64,000 nt of DNA, taken from the NCBI GenBank assembly GCA_963676795.2, contig CAXXTB010000002.1, forward strand, positions 1,920,001 through 1,984,000, given 5' to 3'. The DNA comes from Geopsychrobacteraceae bacterium (GTDB lineage Bacteria > Desulfobacterota > Desulfuromonadia > Desulfuromonadales > Geopsychrobacteraceae). The notes beneath the pieces were generated by a model, which was given only the letters and a program-made list of their open reading frames with translations, was not told where the DNA came from and made no database searches. Position numbers and translations under genes: made by a program. Below, piece after piece: positions 30,983-41,296 of this stretch (positions within the stretch are counted from its first letter, which is position 1; each line of letters opens with the position of its first letter).

Positions 30983-32644
30983 ATGAACAAAGTCACCCTT
31001 CCCGCAAACAGACAGGTCGGCCATTTACGCGTCATTCGCCAGCCCCGCGAACTGTCAATGGCCGAGTACCGCCAACTGACAACGGATGACCAGCTGGAAA
31101 TTGTCCGTCACGCGACCGGCAAGCAGAAGCTGGACCTGATTATCGAATCGAGCAATCCGAAAAGGATCGTGACTAGACTGCATCCGCAGGAGCTGTTCCT
31201 GACCGTTGTCGAACTGGGTGCCGAAAGTGCTGAAGAACTGATCAATCTGGCCAATACCAACCAGATAACCACCATGCTCGATCTCGATTGCTGGGACGAA
31301 GACTGCCTGAGCCCGATCATTTCTCTGCGCTGGCTGGAATTGATTCTCGATTGCGGCGAAGAGAAAGCCTGTCTGCTTGCCGAACAGTTCGAACCGGAGC
31401 TGCTGGCACTCTTTCTGAAAAAACATCTTGAGGTCATTCGTGGCATCGAAGTCTACGACGACGACGACAGTGAAAACGCCCGGCGCCTCGAATCCCTCTA
31501 CGATATCCACTATCACTCAGAAGATGCGGCCAAGATCATTGGCCGTCTCCTGAGAATCTGGCAGGAGCAGGCCCAGGAAAGCTACCTGCTGATTATGGAG
31601 ATGATCAGAAGCGAAAGCTTAAGCACCTTGGAAGAAGAAGCATATGGTGCGCGAAACAACCGGCTGCTGGATCTCGGCATCGCACCAAAACATGAAGCGA
31701 AGAATCTCTACGCCAAGGTCAGCATCGAGAACCTGCCGCTTGGCAGCAAAAAGAATTTCAAGCTCGAAGCTGAAGGGTTGCAGGCCCCAAACGCTCTTCT
31801 CGCCCTGGCTGAACCCGGCAACCTGTTGGCAGAAGTCTTCGCCCAGGGGGTCGATCACGAGACGGCCTGCGAACTGATGATGCTGCTCAATCGCAAAATG
31901 AGTGCAGACAATATCGACCTGTCCTCTGCTGCGTCGGTCAGAGAATCTCTGCAGGAGGTTTTCGACCTGATCAACCTCGGCCTGGAGTATCTGTCCCAGA
32001 ATGATCCGGCGCGCGCAACCAAGCTGTTCGCCGAAAGCTACCATTTGCATCTCTTTCAGGTGGGCTATAACCTCCTCAAAAAGCAGCTGGATCGCGGCAT
32101 GAAGCTGGCAGAAAGTTCGCTCTATCCATACTTCGACTACCCCGAACTGCTGTTTCTCGACTCGCTCATTCAGCGCCCTGCAAGCCTCTACCAGGCAGCA
32201 ACGGATAACCAAGACAGCTACCTGCAGACAATCCGCTCCATTCCTGTTCTGCAGGTCGTCGAAAAACGCCTCGATCAGCTTGAAGCCCTGCAGCAGCTGT
32301 TTACCGAAAAGCTCCGGTTCCCCCTGACGGACAACAACAGAGAAGAAGAGCGGCCTTCGCTCTCCAGCCTGCTGATGACCGCCGTCGCAAATGCCGCCCT
32401 CGGACGCGCGTTTGCGCCAGCACCGCTGAGCCGTGCAGACCTTGTCCAACTGAAACAGGGGTATGACAACGATATCAGGGCACTGGAGAAATTGGCCAGC
32501 CAACTGCGCTCAGCGCTCGACGGTAGCACGGCGGATCTCGAATTTTTTATCAATTTTTCGCTGGAAAACTGGGACGATTTCTTCACTGAGCTCGACGAAA
32601 ACGCCGAAATCCCGCCTTTTGAAGGCTTTCTTCTAAGCCAATAA
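30983..32644 (+). CDS. Conserved deltaproteobacterial hypothetical protein (DUF6178-like)
   Basis: 553-aa ORF; LDLDCWDED, EEEAYGARNNRLLDLG, INLGLEYL, LFQVG motifs (family recalled, not searched). Confidence 0.65.
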   Translation: MNKVTLPANRQVGHLRVIRQPRELSMAEYRQLTTDDQLEIVRHATGKQKLDLIIESSNPKRIVTRLHPQELFLTVVELGAESAEELINLANTNQITTMLDLDCWDEDCLSPIISLRWLELILDCGEEKACLLAEQFEPELLALFLKKHLEVIRGIEVYDDDDSENARRLESLYDIHYHSEDAAKIIGRLLRIWQEQAQESYLLIMEMIRSESLSTLEEEAYGARNNRLLDLGIAPKHEAKNLYAKVSIENLPLGSKKNFKLEAEGLQAPNALLALAEPGNLLAEVFAQGVDHETACELMMLLNRKMSADNIDLSSAASVRESLQEVFDLINLGLEYLSQNDPARATKLFAESYHLHLFQVGYNLLKKQLDRGMKLAESSLYPYFDYPELLFLDSLIQRPASLYQAATDNQDSYLQTIRSIPVLQVVEKRLDQLEALQQLFTEKLRFPLTDNNREEERPSLSSLLMTAVANAALGRAFAPAPLSRADLVQLKQGYDNDIRALEKLASQLRSALDGSTADLEFFINFSLENWDDFFTELDENAEIPPFEGFLLSQ

Positions 32645-32744
32645 TTCTGTTCCCGGTCATGTTCTTTCTATGAGTGGTTGTGCTATAGTTCTGCTTTAAT
32701 GAGAAAGTAGGCAATACAAGAAACAACATCTCAGGAGGACAGAC

Positions 32745-33968
32745 ATGCTCAAAAAAACCCTATTAGCCTTGCTCTCGGCGGGACTACTGACAGGCTCAGC
32801 CTCGGCTGCTATCCAGCCCGGAGCATTTACCCTGTCTCCGATGTATGGCGGTCAGGTCTTTGAGGGAAATCAGTCCCTCGACGACGCCAAGCTCTGGAGC
32901 ATCGGAGTCGGTTACAACTACAGCGAACATTTCGCGGTCGAAGCCCTCTACGGAAGCAGCGATGGAGATGCCGAGGCGGAAGATGCGACAACCAGCGATA
33001 CCGAGCTGCAGCACTATCGCGTTGACGCCCTCTATCACTTCATGCCGTCATCCAGCTTCGTCCCCTACCTGGCTGCCGGTGCCGGAATGACCAGCTACGA
33101 CCGGGCAGCAGGCAATGCCGATGATAACTTTGTCGTCAACTACGGCGCTGGTATCAAATGGTTCCTCCTCGACGACCTGCTCGCCCTGCGCGCTGATGTT
33201 CGCCATCTGATCGACACCGACGAGAATGCCAACAACCTGGTTTATTCTGCCGGCCTGCTGTTTCAGTTCGGCAAAAAAACCGCCAAGCCTGAGCCCATTA
33301 TCGAAGAACCGGCACCGACCGAAGAGCCTGCGCCTGTTGTCACTGCGGCTCCGCTCGACAGTGACGGTGACGGGGTTATCGACAGCAAAGATCGCTGTCC
33401 GGAAACTCCGACCGGAGTTAAGGCCGATGTCAAAGGCTGCCCACTGGACAGTGATTTCGATCGTGTTCCCGACTATCTGGACAAATGCCCTGACACCGCT
33501 CGCTGGGCTCCGGTCGATGAAAACGGCTGCCCGCTCGATGATGATCATGACGGCGTCGCCAACTATCTCGACAAATGCCCGGGAACGCCGGAAGGCTATG
33601 CCGTCGAAGCAAACGGCTGCCCGGCGAAGCTGACCCTGCACATCAACTTTGCCAATGACAGCAATGCCATCAGCGAGGAATTCAGTGGGGAAATTGCCAA
33701 AGCCGCCGAGTGCATCCGCGACTTTCCAGGCAATCTGGTCTTTATCGAGGGTCACACCGACAGCAAAGGCTCCGCAGCATATAATCAACAGCTCTCGGAA
33801 CGGCGTGCCAACGCGGTCAAAACCAGCCTGATCGAGAAGTACAATATTCCGGCAGAAAAGATGAGCGCCGTTGGCTACGGTGAAGAGCAGCCGGTTGCTG
33901 ACAACGCAACAGCTGAAGGCAGGGCTCAGAACCGCCGCGTCGAAGTCGGCTGCGGGCTGGCTCAATAA
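32745..33968 (+). CDS. ompA: OmpA/OprF-family outer membrane protein with TSP3-type Ca-binding repeats
   Basis: Signal peptide, beta-barrel, three DxDxDGVxDxxDxCP repeats, IEGHTDS...YNQQLSERRA...GYGE...NRRVE. Confidence 0.92.
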   Translation: MLKKTLLALLSAGLLTGSASAAIQPGAFTLSPMYGGQVFEGNQSLDDAKLWSIGVGYNYSEHFAVEALYGSSDGDAEAEDATTSDTELQHYRVDALYHFMPSSSFVPYLAAGAGMTSYDRAAGNADDNFVVNYGAGIKWFLLDDLLALRADVRHLIDTDENANNLVYSAGLLFQFGKKTAKPEPIIEEPAPTEEPAPVVTAAPLDSDGDGVIDSKDRCPETPTGVKADVKGCPLDSDFDRVPDYLDKCPDTARWAPVDENGCPLDDDHDGVANYLDKCPGTPEGYAVEANGCPAKLTLHINFANDSNAISEEFSGEIAKAAECIRDFPGNLVFIEGHTDSKGSAAYNQQLSERRANAVKTSLIEKYNIPAEKMSAVGYGEEQPVADNATAEGRAQNRRVEVGCGLAQ

Positions 33969-33990
33969 CCAGTATCTGCGAATTGATGGC

Positions 33991-34021
33991 AAAAAGGGTC
34001 GGAAATTTCCGACCCTTTTTT
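33991..34021. terminator. Bidirectional intrinsic terminator
   Basis: AAAAAGGGTCGGAAA-TTTCCGACCCTTTTT. Confidence 0.88.
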
Positions 34022-34041
34022 GTGCATTCGGCGATTCATCG

Positions 34042-35730
34042 TCACGCCTCTGGCGGGACCAGGAACTCCTCAATCGTCCAGCCGCATGTAGGTTTCTGGT
34101 AGTAAATAAACAGAATAATACCCCGCTCACTGATTTCGGGGAGGCTGTTGAACAGGGCCGCAAAATACTGAACCTTGCCGGATCGCGACAGCTTCGCGAT
34201 CTCAGCCTTCAGCCTGAGCCGTACCCTCTCAGCTTGGACCTCTGACAGACTGGTATTGAAGAAACCGGGGCAGGTGCCGCTGGCAACCCGTTCACAGAGC
34301 GCGTAGTCCCGGGCCAGCAGATCTCTCGCACAGTCAAGCAGAGCTCCCTCAAAGCGCTCGTTCAGGAAACCTTCCAGGACCAAAAACAGATCCCGCGCAG
34401 CATGGCTGATTGCAAACAGCCCCTCTCTTTGCCAGTAAAGGCTCAAATCGGAAAAGAATCGGGACGGACGGCCAAACTGGTCAAACAGCCAGGGCATGAT
34501 GTTCCGATAGCGCCCGCTGTTATAAAACAGATCGAGCAGTCGACCGACGCCGCGCAGCTGTTCCAGCTCGGAATAGCTGAGATGGGATGATTTAAGAATG
34601 GCATAGGGAGGCTGCGGATCGAAGACGATTCCCCATTGGGACGCCTGCTGGCGCAAAGGCGCCCCCGGCAGCAGCTTGACCGGTTCAATCTGCAGGTGAT
34701 CCGGACGAATCTCAAGCACCCTGTCCAACGAGGTATAGAAGCTGTCCAGATTTTCACCGGGGAGCCCGGCAATCAGATCCAGATGCTGATGAACCCGGCC
34801 GGTCCGGACCAGACGTTCAACATTCTCGCGCAAGGCGGAAAATGTCGCTTTGCGGTGGACCCGTTCGAGAGTCTCCGGCAGGGTCGACTGAACACCGATT
34901 TCAAACTGGAAGAGGTCCTCCCCCACAGTGTCGAGAAAATCGAGGATCTCGTTGTCGAGCAGATGCGCCCCGATCTCCAGGTGAAAGCGGCTGGCCCGAT
35001 TGGTAGCCACGAGAAACCTGAGGATCTCGAGGGTTCTCGTGCGATCATAGTTGAAGGTCCGGTCGACGAATTTGATCAGCGGCACCTCATTCGCGATCAG
35101 AATGGCCAGATCGGACTTAATCCTCGCCATGGAAAAGGAGCGGACTTTTTCATCCAGCGCACTCATACAGAAGCTGCAGCTGTACGGACAGCCCCGACTG
35201 CTCTCGTAATAGACCAGCCCGCGCTTCAGATCGACCAGCCCCGCAGCAAAGGGGGAAGGAATCTCATCCAGGTTCTCCAGTCGGTCCATTGCCGGAGGCG
35301 ATTGATCAGAAGCGCACTGTACGCCCGCGATCCCCTTCGGGGCGCGCCCCTCTAACCAGCATTGAAGCAGGTGGAGAAACGGACGCTCCCCTTCACCGCG
35401 GATCAGGGCATCCACAGGGTACTGAACGAAAAAATCCCGGGTTTCAAACGAAACCTCCGGGCCACCGAGAACGATCCTCAACTCAGGGCGGATCAGTTTG
35501 AGACAGTGGGCCAGGTTGAGAGTTTCAAGGCGATTCCAGATATAAACGGAAAAACAGACGACATCGACGCCAAGTTCGACGATTTGGGCAAGGACCGACT
35601 CCTTCGGCTCATTAACGGTAAACTCGCGAATCTGAAACTCGGCAAGATCCTGACAATAGGCCTGCAGGTAAGGCAGTGCCAGGCTGGCATGAATATATTT
35701 ACTGTGCAGTGTTGAAAGCAGAATTTTCAT
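34042..35730 (-). CDS. B12-binding-domain radical SAM protein (DUF4080-type C-terminus)
   Basis: SKYIHASLA, FSVYIWN, LGGPEVS, YESSRGCPYSCSFC, FVDRTFN, HLDLIAGLP. Confidence 0.9.
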   Translation of the reverse strand: MKILLSTLHSKYIHASLALPYLQAYCQDLAEFQIREFTVNEPKESVLAQIVELGVDVVCFSVYIWNRLETLNLAHCLKLIRPELRIVLGGPEVSFETRDFFVQYPVDALIRGEGERPFLHLLQCWLEGRAPKGIAGVQCASDQSPPAMDRLENLDEIPSPFAAGLVDLKRGLVYYESSRGCPYSCSFCMSALDEKVRSFSMARIKSDLAILIANEVPLIKFVDRTFNYDRTRTLEILRFLVATNRASRFHLEIGAHLLDNEILDFLDTVGEDLFQFEIGVQSTLPETLERVHRKATFSALRENVERLVRTGRVHQHLDLIAGLPGENLDSFYTSLDRVLEIRPDHLQIEPVKLLPGAPLRQQASQWGIVFDPQPPYAILKSSHLSYSELEQLRGVGRLLDLFYNSGRYRNIMPWLFDQFGRPSRFFSDLSLYWQREGLFAISHAARDLFLVLEGFLNERFEGALLDCARDLLARDYALCERVASGTCPGFFNTSLSEVQAERVRLRLKAEIAKLSRSGKVQYFAALFNSLPEISERGIILFIYYQKPTCGWTIEEFLVPPEA

Positions 35731-35820
35731 CCGGGCAGCATACCCCGCAGCCGGAGCAAGTCAATGAAATTGTTGTTTCGCAAGGCTTGTGCTATCCTCC
35801 GCCGCGCAAAGGAGAAAACT

Positions 35821-37161
35821 ATGACCCGAAAAAAAACCTTCCTCGCTGTTGTCGCCGATGCCAACGGCGAAGTATTTGAGCATCCCGAGCTGCTCATGGC
35901 CGGCATGAACGGCATGACGGTGTGCCACCCGGACGCCGCCGAACTGATCCCTCTCCCCGAGGGGAGCCGCCTGTTCACAGTACCCGATACACCGGTCATC
36001 GGCTTCGAAAGAAAAGGCGGCCGCCAGGTGACTGTTGACGCCCTGCCAGCCAAATGGGGTGGAGAAAAAATCCAGGCCGTTTCGGCCTTCGTCACCCCGG
36101 CCTTCACCCGGACCCTGCTGCCGGCTGTTGATTACACCAGAAAAAGCGTTCAGTTGACACTCTGGTCCTATACTGCGGTCGGCTGGTGCGTCGAAGAGGA
36201 GCGTTTTTACGTGGCGGCCGTCCGGGTCGACCGCAACCAGCAGTGGCAACCCGAACACTACGATGACCGGATTCTTGAGCCGCTGGTCAGAAAGCGGGTG
36301 GCCGAACAGCCGGACAACCGCCTGATTGAACAGTTATCGCGCTGTGCACTCGACTACCATTGCTTTGCCGCCAAGAATCTGTTTTTCGGCCGCTGGGAGG
36401 CGCCCCTCCCCTGCTCTCCGGCCTGCAACGCCAACTGCCTCGGCTGTATCTCTCTGCAGGAAGCCCCCGAGTGCTGTGAATCGAGCCAGGATCGCCTCAG
36501 CTTTGTACCGACCGTCGAAGAGCTCTGTCAGATCGCAGTTCCCCATCTGAAGACGGCCGAAAATGCGATCGTCTCTTTTGGCCAGGGCTGTGAAGGGGAT
36601 CCGATCCTTCAGGTCGACCGGGTCGTTGCGGCTGCGGTCAAGGAGATGCGCCGTCAGACCGACCGCGGTACCATCAACTTCAATTCGAATGCATCGATCC
36701 CCGCCGCGATCGACAAACTGGCCGACGCCGGTGTCGATTCGATCCGCATCTCCCTGAATTCGGTTCAGGAACGCTTCTACAATGCCTATTACCGGCCAAC
36801 GGCCTATCGCTTTGAAGACGTTATGGAATCGGCCAGAAGAGCGAAACAGAACGGCCTGTTCACCATGCTCAACTATCTGGTTTTCCCCGGCATCACCGAC
36901 CGGGAGGACGAGATCAACAAACTGCTGGAACTGATCGACAAGGTCGGTATCGACCTGATCCAGATGCGCAATCTCGCCATCGATCCACAGATGTACTGGC
37001 AGGCGATGAAAAGCGAAGGGCGCGGGATCGGCATGAAGGCGATGCTCGACCGGGTCAAGAAAGAGATCCCTAGAATCCAGTTCGGCTATTTCAACAGAAC
37101 CAGGGACAACTTCTACCCACCAGGCTATGAGACGGACTGGCCGTTGCCACCCAGCCTGTAA
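35821..37161 (+). CDS. Uncharacterised radical SAM protein
   Basis: CNANCLGC CxxxCxxC motif, SFGQGCEGDP; AAGGAG RBS before ATG 35821. Confidence 0.88.
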   Translation: MTRKKTFLAVVADANGEVFEHPELLMAGMNGMTVCHPDAAELIPLPEGSRLFTVPDTPVIGFERKGGRQVTVDALPAKWGGEKIQAVSAFVTPAFTRTLLPAVDYTRKSVQLTLWSYTAVGWCVEEERFYVAAVRVDRNQQWQPEHYDDRILEPLVRKRVAEQPDNRLIEQLSRCALDYHCFAAKNLFFGRWEAPLPCSPACNANCLGCISLQEAPECCESSQDRLSFVPTVEELCQIAVPHLKTAENAIVSFGQGCEGDPILQVDRVVAAAVKEMRRQTDRGTINFNSNASIPAAIDKLADAGVDSIRISLNSVQERFYNAYYRPTAYRFEDVMESARRAKQNGLFTMLNYLVFPGITDREDEINKLLELIDKVGIDLIQMRNLAIDPQMYWQAMKSEGRGIGMKAMLDRVKKEIPRIQFGYFNRTRDNFYPPGYETDWPLPPSL

Positions 37162-37167
37162 TTCATC

Positions 37168-37216
37168 AAAAAAAGCGCCATCTGGTCGGGGATCTGTCCC
37201 GCTCAGATGGCGCTTT
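37168..37216. terminator. Terminator between convergent genes
   Basis: AAAGCGCCATCTG...CAGATGGCGCTTT with A-run on the left. Confidence 0.75.
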
Positions 37217-37254
37217 CAAGCGCTGCAACAAAAGCTCTACCTTTAAGCCAACAA

Positions 37255-37941
37255 TCACCAGAAGGTCCAGGCCTCTGCATAAAGGACATAAATACCGAGA
37301 GCCAGGTTGGTTACCCCATGACAGAAAATGCACTGTATCAGGCTCTTTGTCCGATAGAGCAGCAGGCTGTAGCATGCCCCGGCCATGATTCCTGCCAGCA
37401 CCAGATGATGCTCAAAACCGAAAAGCAGCGCACCTATGACAAAGGAGGCGAGACTGTAGGTGCCGATCCTGACGCTTTCAAAATCCGACTTTATGATGTA
37501 GCGCAGCAGGAACGAACGCCAGAAAAGTTCCTCCATAACCGGCACAACGATAGCCGCCCCCGCCAGCCTGACCAAGATCATCCCGCCCCTGTGCCAACCG
37601 GCCGGAAAGACGCCCGGATCAAAACCTGCGCTCTCTCCAAAGAAAGCGAAATCCCAGTCCATATTGATCCACAGCACAAAGACCAGCAGACCGAGGACCA
37701 GGCTCATCAGCGTCGACCTCCACCGCCCCAGGTCACGCAGGTGTATTTCCGTATAATGACGACGGAATACCAGCAGAAGCAGGACAACGACAATAATCTT
37801 CAACGGGTAAAGATAGAGCAGATGCTGTTCAAAAAAAGAATCAACGCTTTGCTCAAGCAGAAAACCAAGCCCCTGCTGGAGCGCAATGAACAGCATAAAG
37901 ACGGCAAAAGGGAGAATACGAACCCATCCGGCAAGACTCAT
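37255..37941 (-). CDS. CAAX prenyl protease-related (CPBP/Abi) intramembrane protease
   Basis: RILPFAVFM, VVPVMEELFWRSFL, FGFEH, HGVTNLALG. Confidence 0.88.
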   Translation of the reverse strand: MSLAGWVRILPFAVFMLFIALQQGLGFLLEQSVDSFFEQHLLYLYPLKIIVVVLLLLVFRRHYTEIHLRDLGRWRSTLMSLVLGLLVFVLWINMDWDFAFFGESAGFDPGVFPAGWHRGGMILVRLAGAAIVVPVMEELFWRSFLLRYIIKSDFESVRIGTYSLASFVIGALLFGFEHHLVLAGIMAGACYSLLLYRTKSLIQCIFCHGVTNLALGIYVLYAEAWTFW

Positions 37942-38555
37942 AACAACTCCTGGACAGAAGAGGAAACAAGCGGGTGTGAGGCCTTCCAGTTATACACAAC
38001 CGACCCGGCTGAAGCCATGAACCGGACAAAGTCGTCAAGCAGCAACTGACGGTACTGCTCGAGCTCCTCAAAAGCCAGGCTCAGGGGGAATTTATGGCCC
38101 AGGCGCATCTCCAGGCGGTTCAGGACCCTGGCAACAATTTCGGGCAAGCGGTAAGACGACAGCCAGTCATTGGCAATCATGTGCGGCAGAATATTCAAAA
38201 GTCCGCGATCCAGCTCAGCCTGACGGGATTCCAGCGCGGCATAGACCGTAGCGGCAAACTGTTCCAGTCCGACCGCAGAAAATCGATCCCAGTGGCAAGC
38301 GAGAAAATGATCGTAGAAAACATCGATGACGATACTGCGGGCAAACCGCAATTGAGGATTCAGGCGCCTGCAGCTGATCCTGAAATCAGGGTCCTGATTT
38401 GTATAGGCATCGACAAAGCGATGAAGACGGATATGCCGGACCAGCTGGTCCGGCATGGTGCCAAAGTTCGCCCCTTTGTGAAAATCTCCCATCAGCGATC
38501 CTGCCCAGGCGAGAGCATCCGCATCGGAAAAGTAGAGATGGGCCAGATAGTTCAA
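37938..38555 (-). CDS. acpH: Acyl carrier protein phosphodiesterase
   Basis: MNYLAHL, GDFHKG, LHRFVD, DVFYDHFLA, WLSSY. Confidence 0.9.
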   Translation of the reverse strand: MNYLAHLYFSDADALAWAGSLMGDFHKGANFGTMPDQLVRHIRLHRFVDAYTNQDPDFRISCRRLNPQLRFARSIVIDVFYDHFLACHWDRFSAVGLEQFAATVYAALESRQAELDRGLLNILPHMIANDWLSSYRLPEIVARVLNRLEMRLGHKFPLSLAFEELEQYRQLLLDDFVRFMASAGSVVYNWKASHPLVSSSVQELL

Positions 38556-38568
38556 GGACGCACCTCAA

Positions 38569-39687
38569 TCAGTTCTGTCCGTCGAGGTGTCCTCCAAGTT
38601 CATCCTTGAGCTTCTGCTGCAGCGGGACTTCATTGATCAGCTTCTGAAACAGGTCAAGCATGATGCTGCGCTGTCCGGAACGGACGAAGCGCTTGACGAG
38701 CAGATCGAGACGGGAAGCAATTTCACTTTCATCTTCAATCATGCGGATGAAGTAGAGAAACGCTTTACTCCATTCCCCCTGCTCGGAATAGAGACATACC
38801 AGGCCAACGGTTGAAAACGGATCGATACCAAATTCGAGAGCACGCAGATAGGAGCTTTCCGCCGGTGCAAATTGACCGAGATGGTAATAAGCGTCGCCCA
38901 TCCGCGTATGCAGCGCCTGGGTTCCCTCCGACGACTCGAGAATCTTCATCCAGACGGCGATCGCTTCTTCGTACTTGCGATGCCAGCGGAAGCAGTTACC
39001 CAGACCGTAGAGGGCATAAGGGTTATCCGGGTCTACCTTGAGTGCGCGCCTGAAATAGCGTTCGGCGCTCTCGAAATCGGTAATTCGCCAGCACAGCTTG
39101 CCGATGATGGTGAGGATATGCAGCTCGTTCTCATCAAAGCTCAAAACCCGTTCATAGGTCCTGATCGCCTGTTCATCCTTGCCCATCCGGTGCTGCAGGT
39201 CAGCCAGGCCGGTCAGTGCATAACGGTCACGGGGAGCGATATCCAGAATCTGCTGATAGACATGTTCAGCCTTGTCGAACTGCTGAAGCGCTTTACAGCT
39301 GTCAGCGATGCGGGTCATGACATGCTTGTCCTGCGGTCGCAGGGTCAGGTAGCGATCCCACAGGGCGATAGCCTCAGTGTGGCGTTCCTGCTTTTTATAG
39401 ACATCGCCGAGACCACGCAGAGCGAATAGATTTGTCGTATCGATATCGAGCAATTTGACATAGCATTTCTCAGCGCCGTCAAAGTCCCGCAACTCACGGC
39501 AGGCATCTCCCATACCGGACAGCAGGTATGGGTTTTCCGGCTCCATATCAAGACCGGTGCCGAAGAGACTTTTGGCTTCCGAGAAACGTCTCGAGCGCAG
39601 ACGTTGTCTGGCTTTTTTTGAGATATCGATGACGCTGAACTTTTTTTCCTGCTGAGGGGAACTCTGTGGCAACTGTTCATTCTCCAT
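38569..39687 (-). CDS. Tetratricopeptide repeat protein
   Basis: About eight tandem 34-aa TPR units (e.g. PENPYLLSGMGDAC, PDNPYALYGLGNCF). Confidence 0.9.
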   Translation of the reverse strand: MENEQLPQSSPQQEKKFSVIDISKKARQRLRSRRFSEAKSLFGTGLDMEPENPYLLSGMGDACRELRDFDGAEKCYVKLLDIDTTNLFALRGLGDVYKKQERHTEAIALWDRYLTLRPQDKHVMTRIADSCKALQQFDKAEHVYQQILDIAPRDRYALTGLADLQHRMGKDEQAIRTYERVLSFDENELHILTIIGKLCWRITDFESAERYFRRALKVDPDNPYALYGLGNCFRWHRKYEEAIAVWMKILESSEGTQALHTRMGDAYYHLGQFAPAESSYLRALEFGIDPFSTVGLVCLYSEQGEWSKAFLYFIRMIEDESEIASRLDLLVKRFVRSGQRSIMLDLFQKLINEVPLQQKLKDELGGHLDGQN

Positions 39688-40155
39688 CCTTGGAACCTTT
39701 CATTTTGGTTTTTCATTTCAAACGCTTCATCAAGCGCTCCAGATACGAGCTTCGAGACCAATTTTCCAGTTTTATCATCGCGACCGGAGGCTAAAAACCT
39801 CCATCCCGATCACAAAAGATGTCATGTCTATCGCCACCTGTTATCCCCCCCTCAAGATAACAGGCCATAATCACCGGGCATTCCCCCCCGTGCCGACAGC
39901 TCCGACAGCAGGTGAAAGTTCGCCCAAACATCGAATATTAACACAATCTTGCCAACAATCAACCACCGAACATCCCTCTGTGATGAAAGCTTTTGTCTAT
40001 TTGCTTTCGGACTGATATACAGATTAATCTAAAACCTGAGACCGACATCTGTAACAGAACAGTCAACAAACTAGGTATTATTATCATTTACTGAAGTTTC
40101 AGTCGACACCTAAGACTTATTGCAGCCCTGACAAAACAGCAAAAGGACAACTCCG

Positions 40156-41289
40156 ATGATCAATGAACAACGTATCTGTGATGAATTTATGCGCCAGGCG
40201 TCGATCGACAGCCCCTCCTTCAAAGAAGGTGCTATTTCGATCTATCTCAAGCGGCGTTTCGAACAGCTGGGGGCTCAGGTTATTTATGACAATGCCGGAG
40301 AGCAGGTTGGCAGCGAAAGCGGTAATCTGATCGCTCGCTTTAGCGGCACCAGGGCGGGAGCGCCACTGATCCTGTCCGGCCACATGGACACCGTTACCCC
40401 GGCGCAGAACGTCCAGCCGGTCTTGAAGGATGGCATCTTCACCAGCGCCGGCGACACGATCCTGGGCTCGGATGACAAGGCCGGTCTGGTCGAAATCATC
40501 GAAGCCATCGAAGTCCTTAAAGAGCAGCAGATTCCTCATGTGCCTCTTGAAGTTGTCATCACCATCTGTGAGGAACAGGGGCTACTGGGTGCCAAGGCCC
40601 TCGATTTCTCGTTGCTCGCAGGAAAGCGCGGGGTCGCCCTCGACACCACCGGAACCGATATCGTCATTCACAAAGCGCCTGCCGCCAAACGCTTCAAAAT
40701 CGATATCCATGGCCATGAAGCCCATGCCGGTTTCTGCCCCGAGCAGGGTGTGTCGGCCATTCAGATTGCTTCACGTGCGATTGCCCGCATGCCGCTGGGA
40801 AGGATCGATGCCGAAACAACGGCCAATATCGGGACCATCCATGGCGGACAGGCTGCCAACATCATCCCCAACCACGTCACACTGAACGGCGAAACGCGCA
40901 GCCACGACCCGAACAAGCTCGAAGAATATACCAGACAGATTCTGACCGCCCTGAAGGAAGAGGTCGCCTCAGCCCATATCCAGGTTGGCAACGAGGTCAA
41001 ACAGGCTCGACTGGAAATTGAGATTCAGGATGACTACCCAGCCATGAATGTCGAGCTGGATTCGGGAATTATCAGCATCATCAGCCAGGCTGGAGAAGCC
41101 CTGTGCCGCCCGCAACAGATCCGCTCGGCCGGCGGCGGTTCTGACGCCAATATTTTCAACGCCCAGGGAATAGAGATGGTCATCATGGCTTGCGGCATGG
41201 ACAAGGTCCATTCCATCAACGAGCAGGTGAAGGTCGAGGACATGGTCAAGACCGCGGCCCTGCTCGTCGAAATCATCCGCCGCGCCTGA
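40156..41289 (+). CDS. M20 family peptidase T-like metallopeptidase
   Basis: SGHMDTV, LGSDDKAG, ICEE, HAG, GGGSDAN, VHS. Confidence 0.9.
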   Translation: MINEQRICDEFMRQASIDSPSFKEGAISIYLKRRFEQLGAQVIYDNAGEQVGSESGNLIARFSGTRAGAPLILSGHMDTVTPAQNVQPVLKDGIFTSAGDTILGSDDKAGLVEIIEAIEVLKEQQIPHVPLEVVITICEEQGLLGAKALDFSLLAGKRGVALDTTGTDIVIHKAPAAKRFKIDIHGHEAHAGFCPEQGVSAIQIASRAIARMPLGRIDAETTANIGTIHGGQAANIIPNHVTLNGETRSHDPNKLEEYTRQILTALKEEVASAHIQVGNEVKQARLEIEIQDDYPAMNVELDSGIISIISQAGEALCRPQQIRSAGGGSDANIFNAQGIEMVIMACGMDKVHSINEQVKVEDMVKTAALLVEIIRRA

Positions 41290-41296
41290 TTGAAAC

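Noticed and set aside
33357..33621. Tandem ~87-bp repeats in ompA
   Set aside because: Ordinary TSP3-type Ca-binding repeats of OprF-like proteins
39780..39930. c-di-GMP-I riboswitch suggested by AGCCTCCGG on the minus strand
   Set aside because: No GGCAAAC/GAAA P2 arm or GCAAA junction upstream
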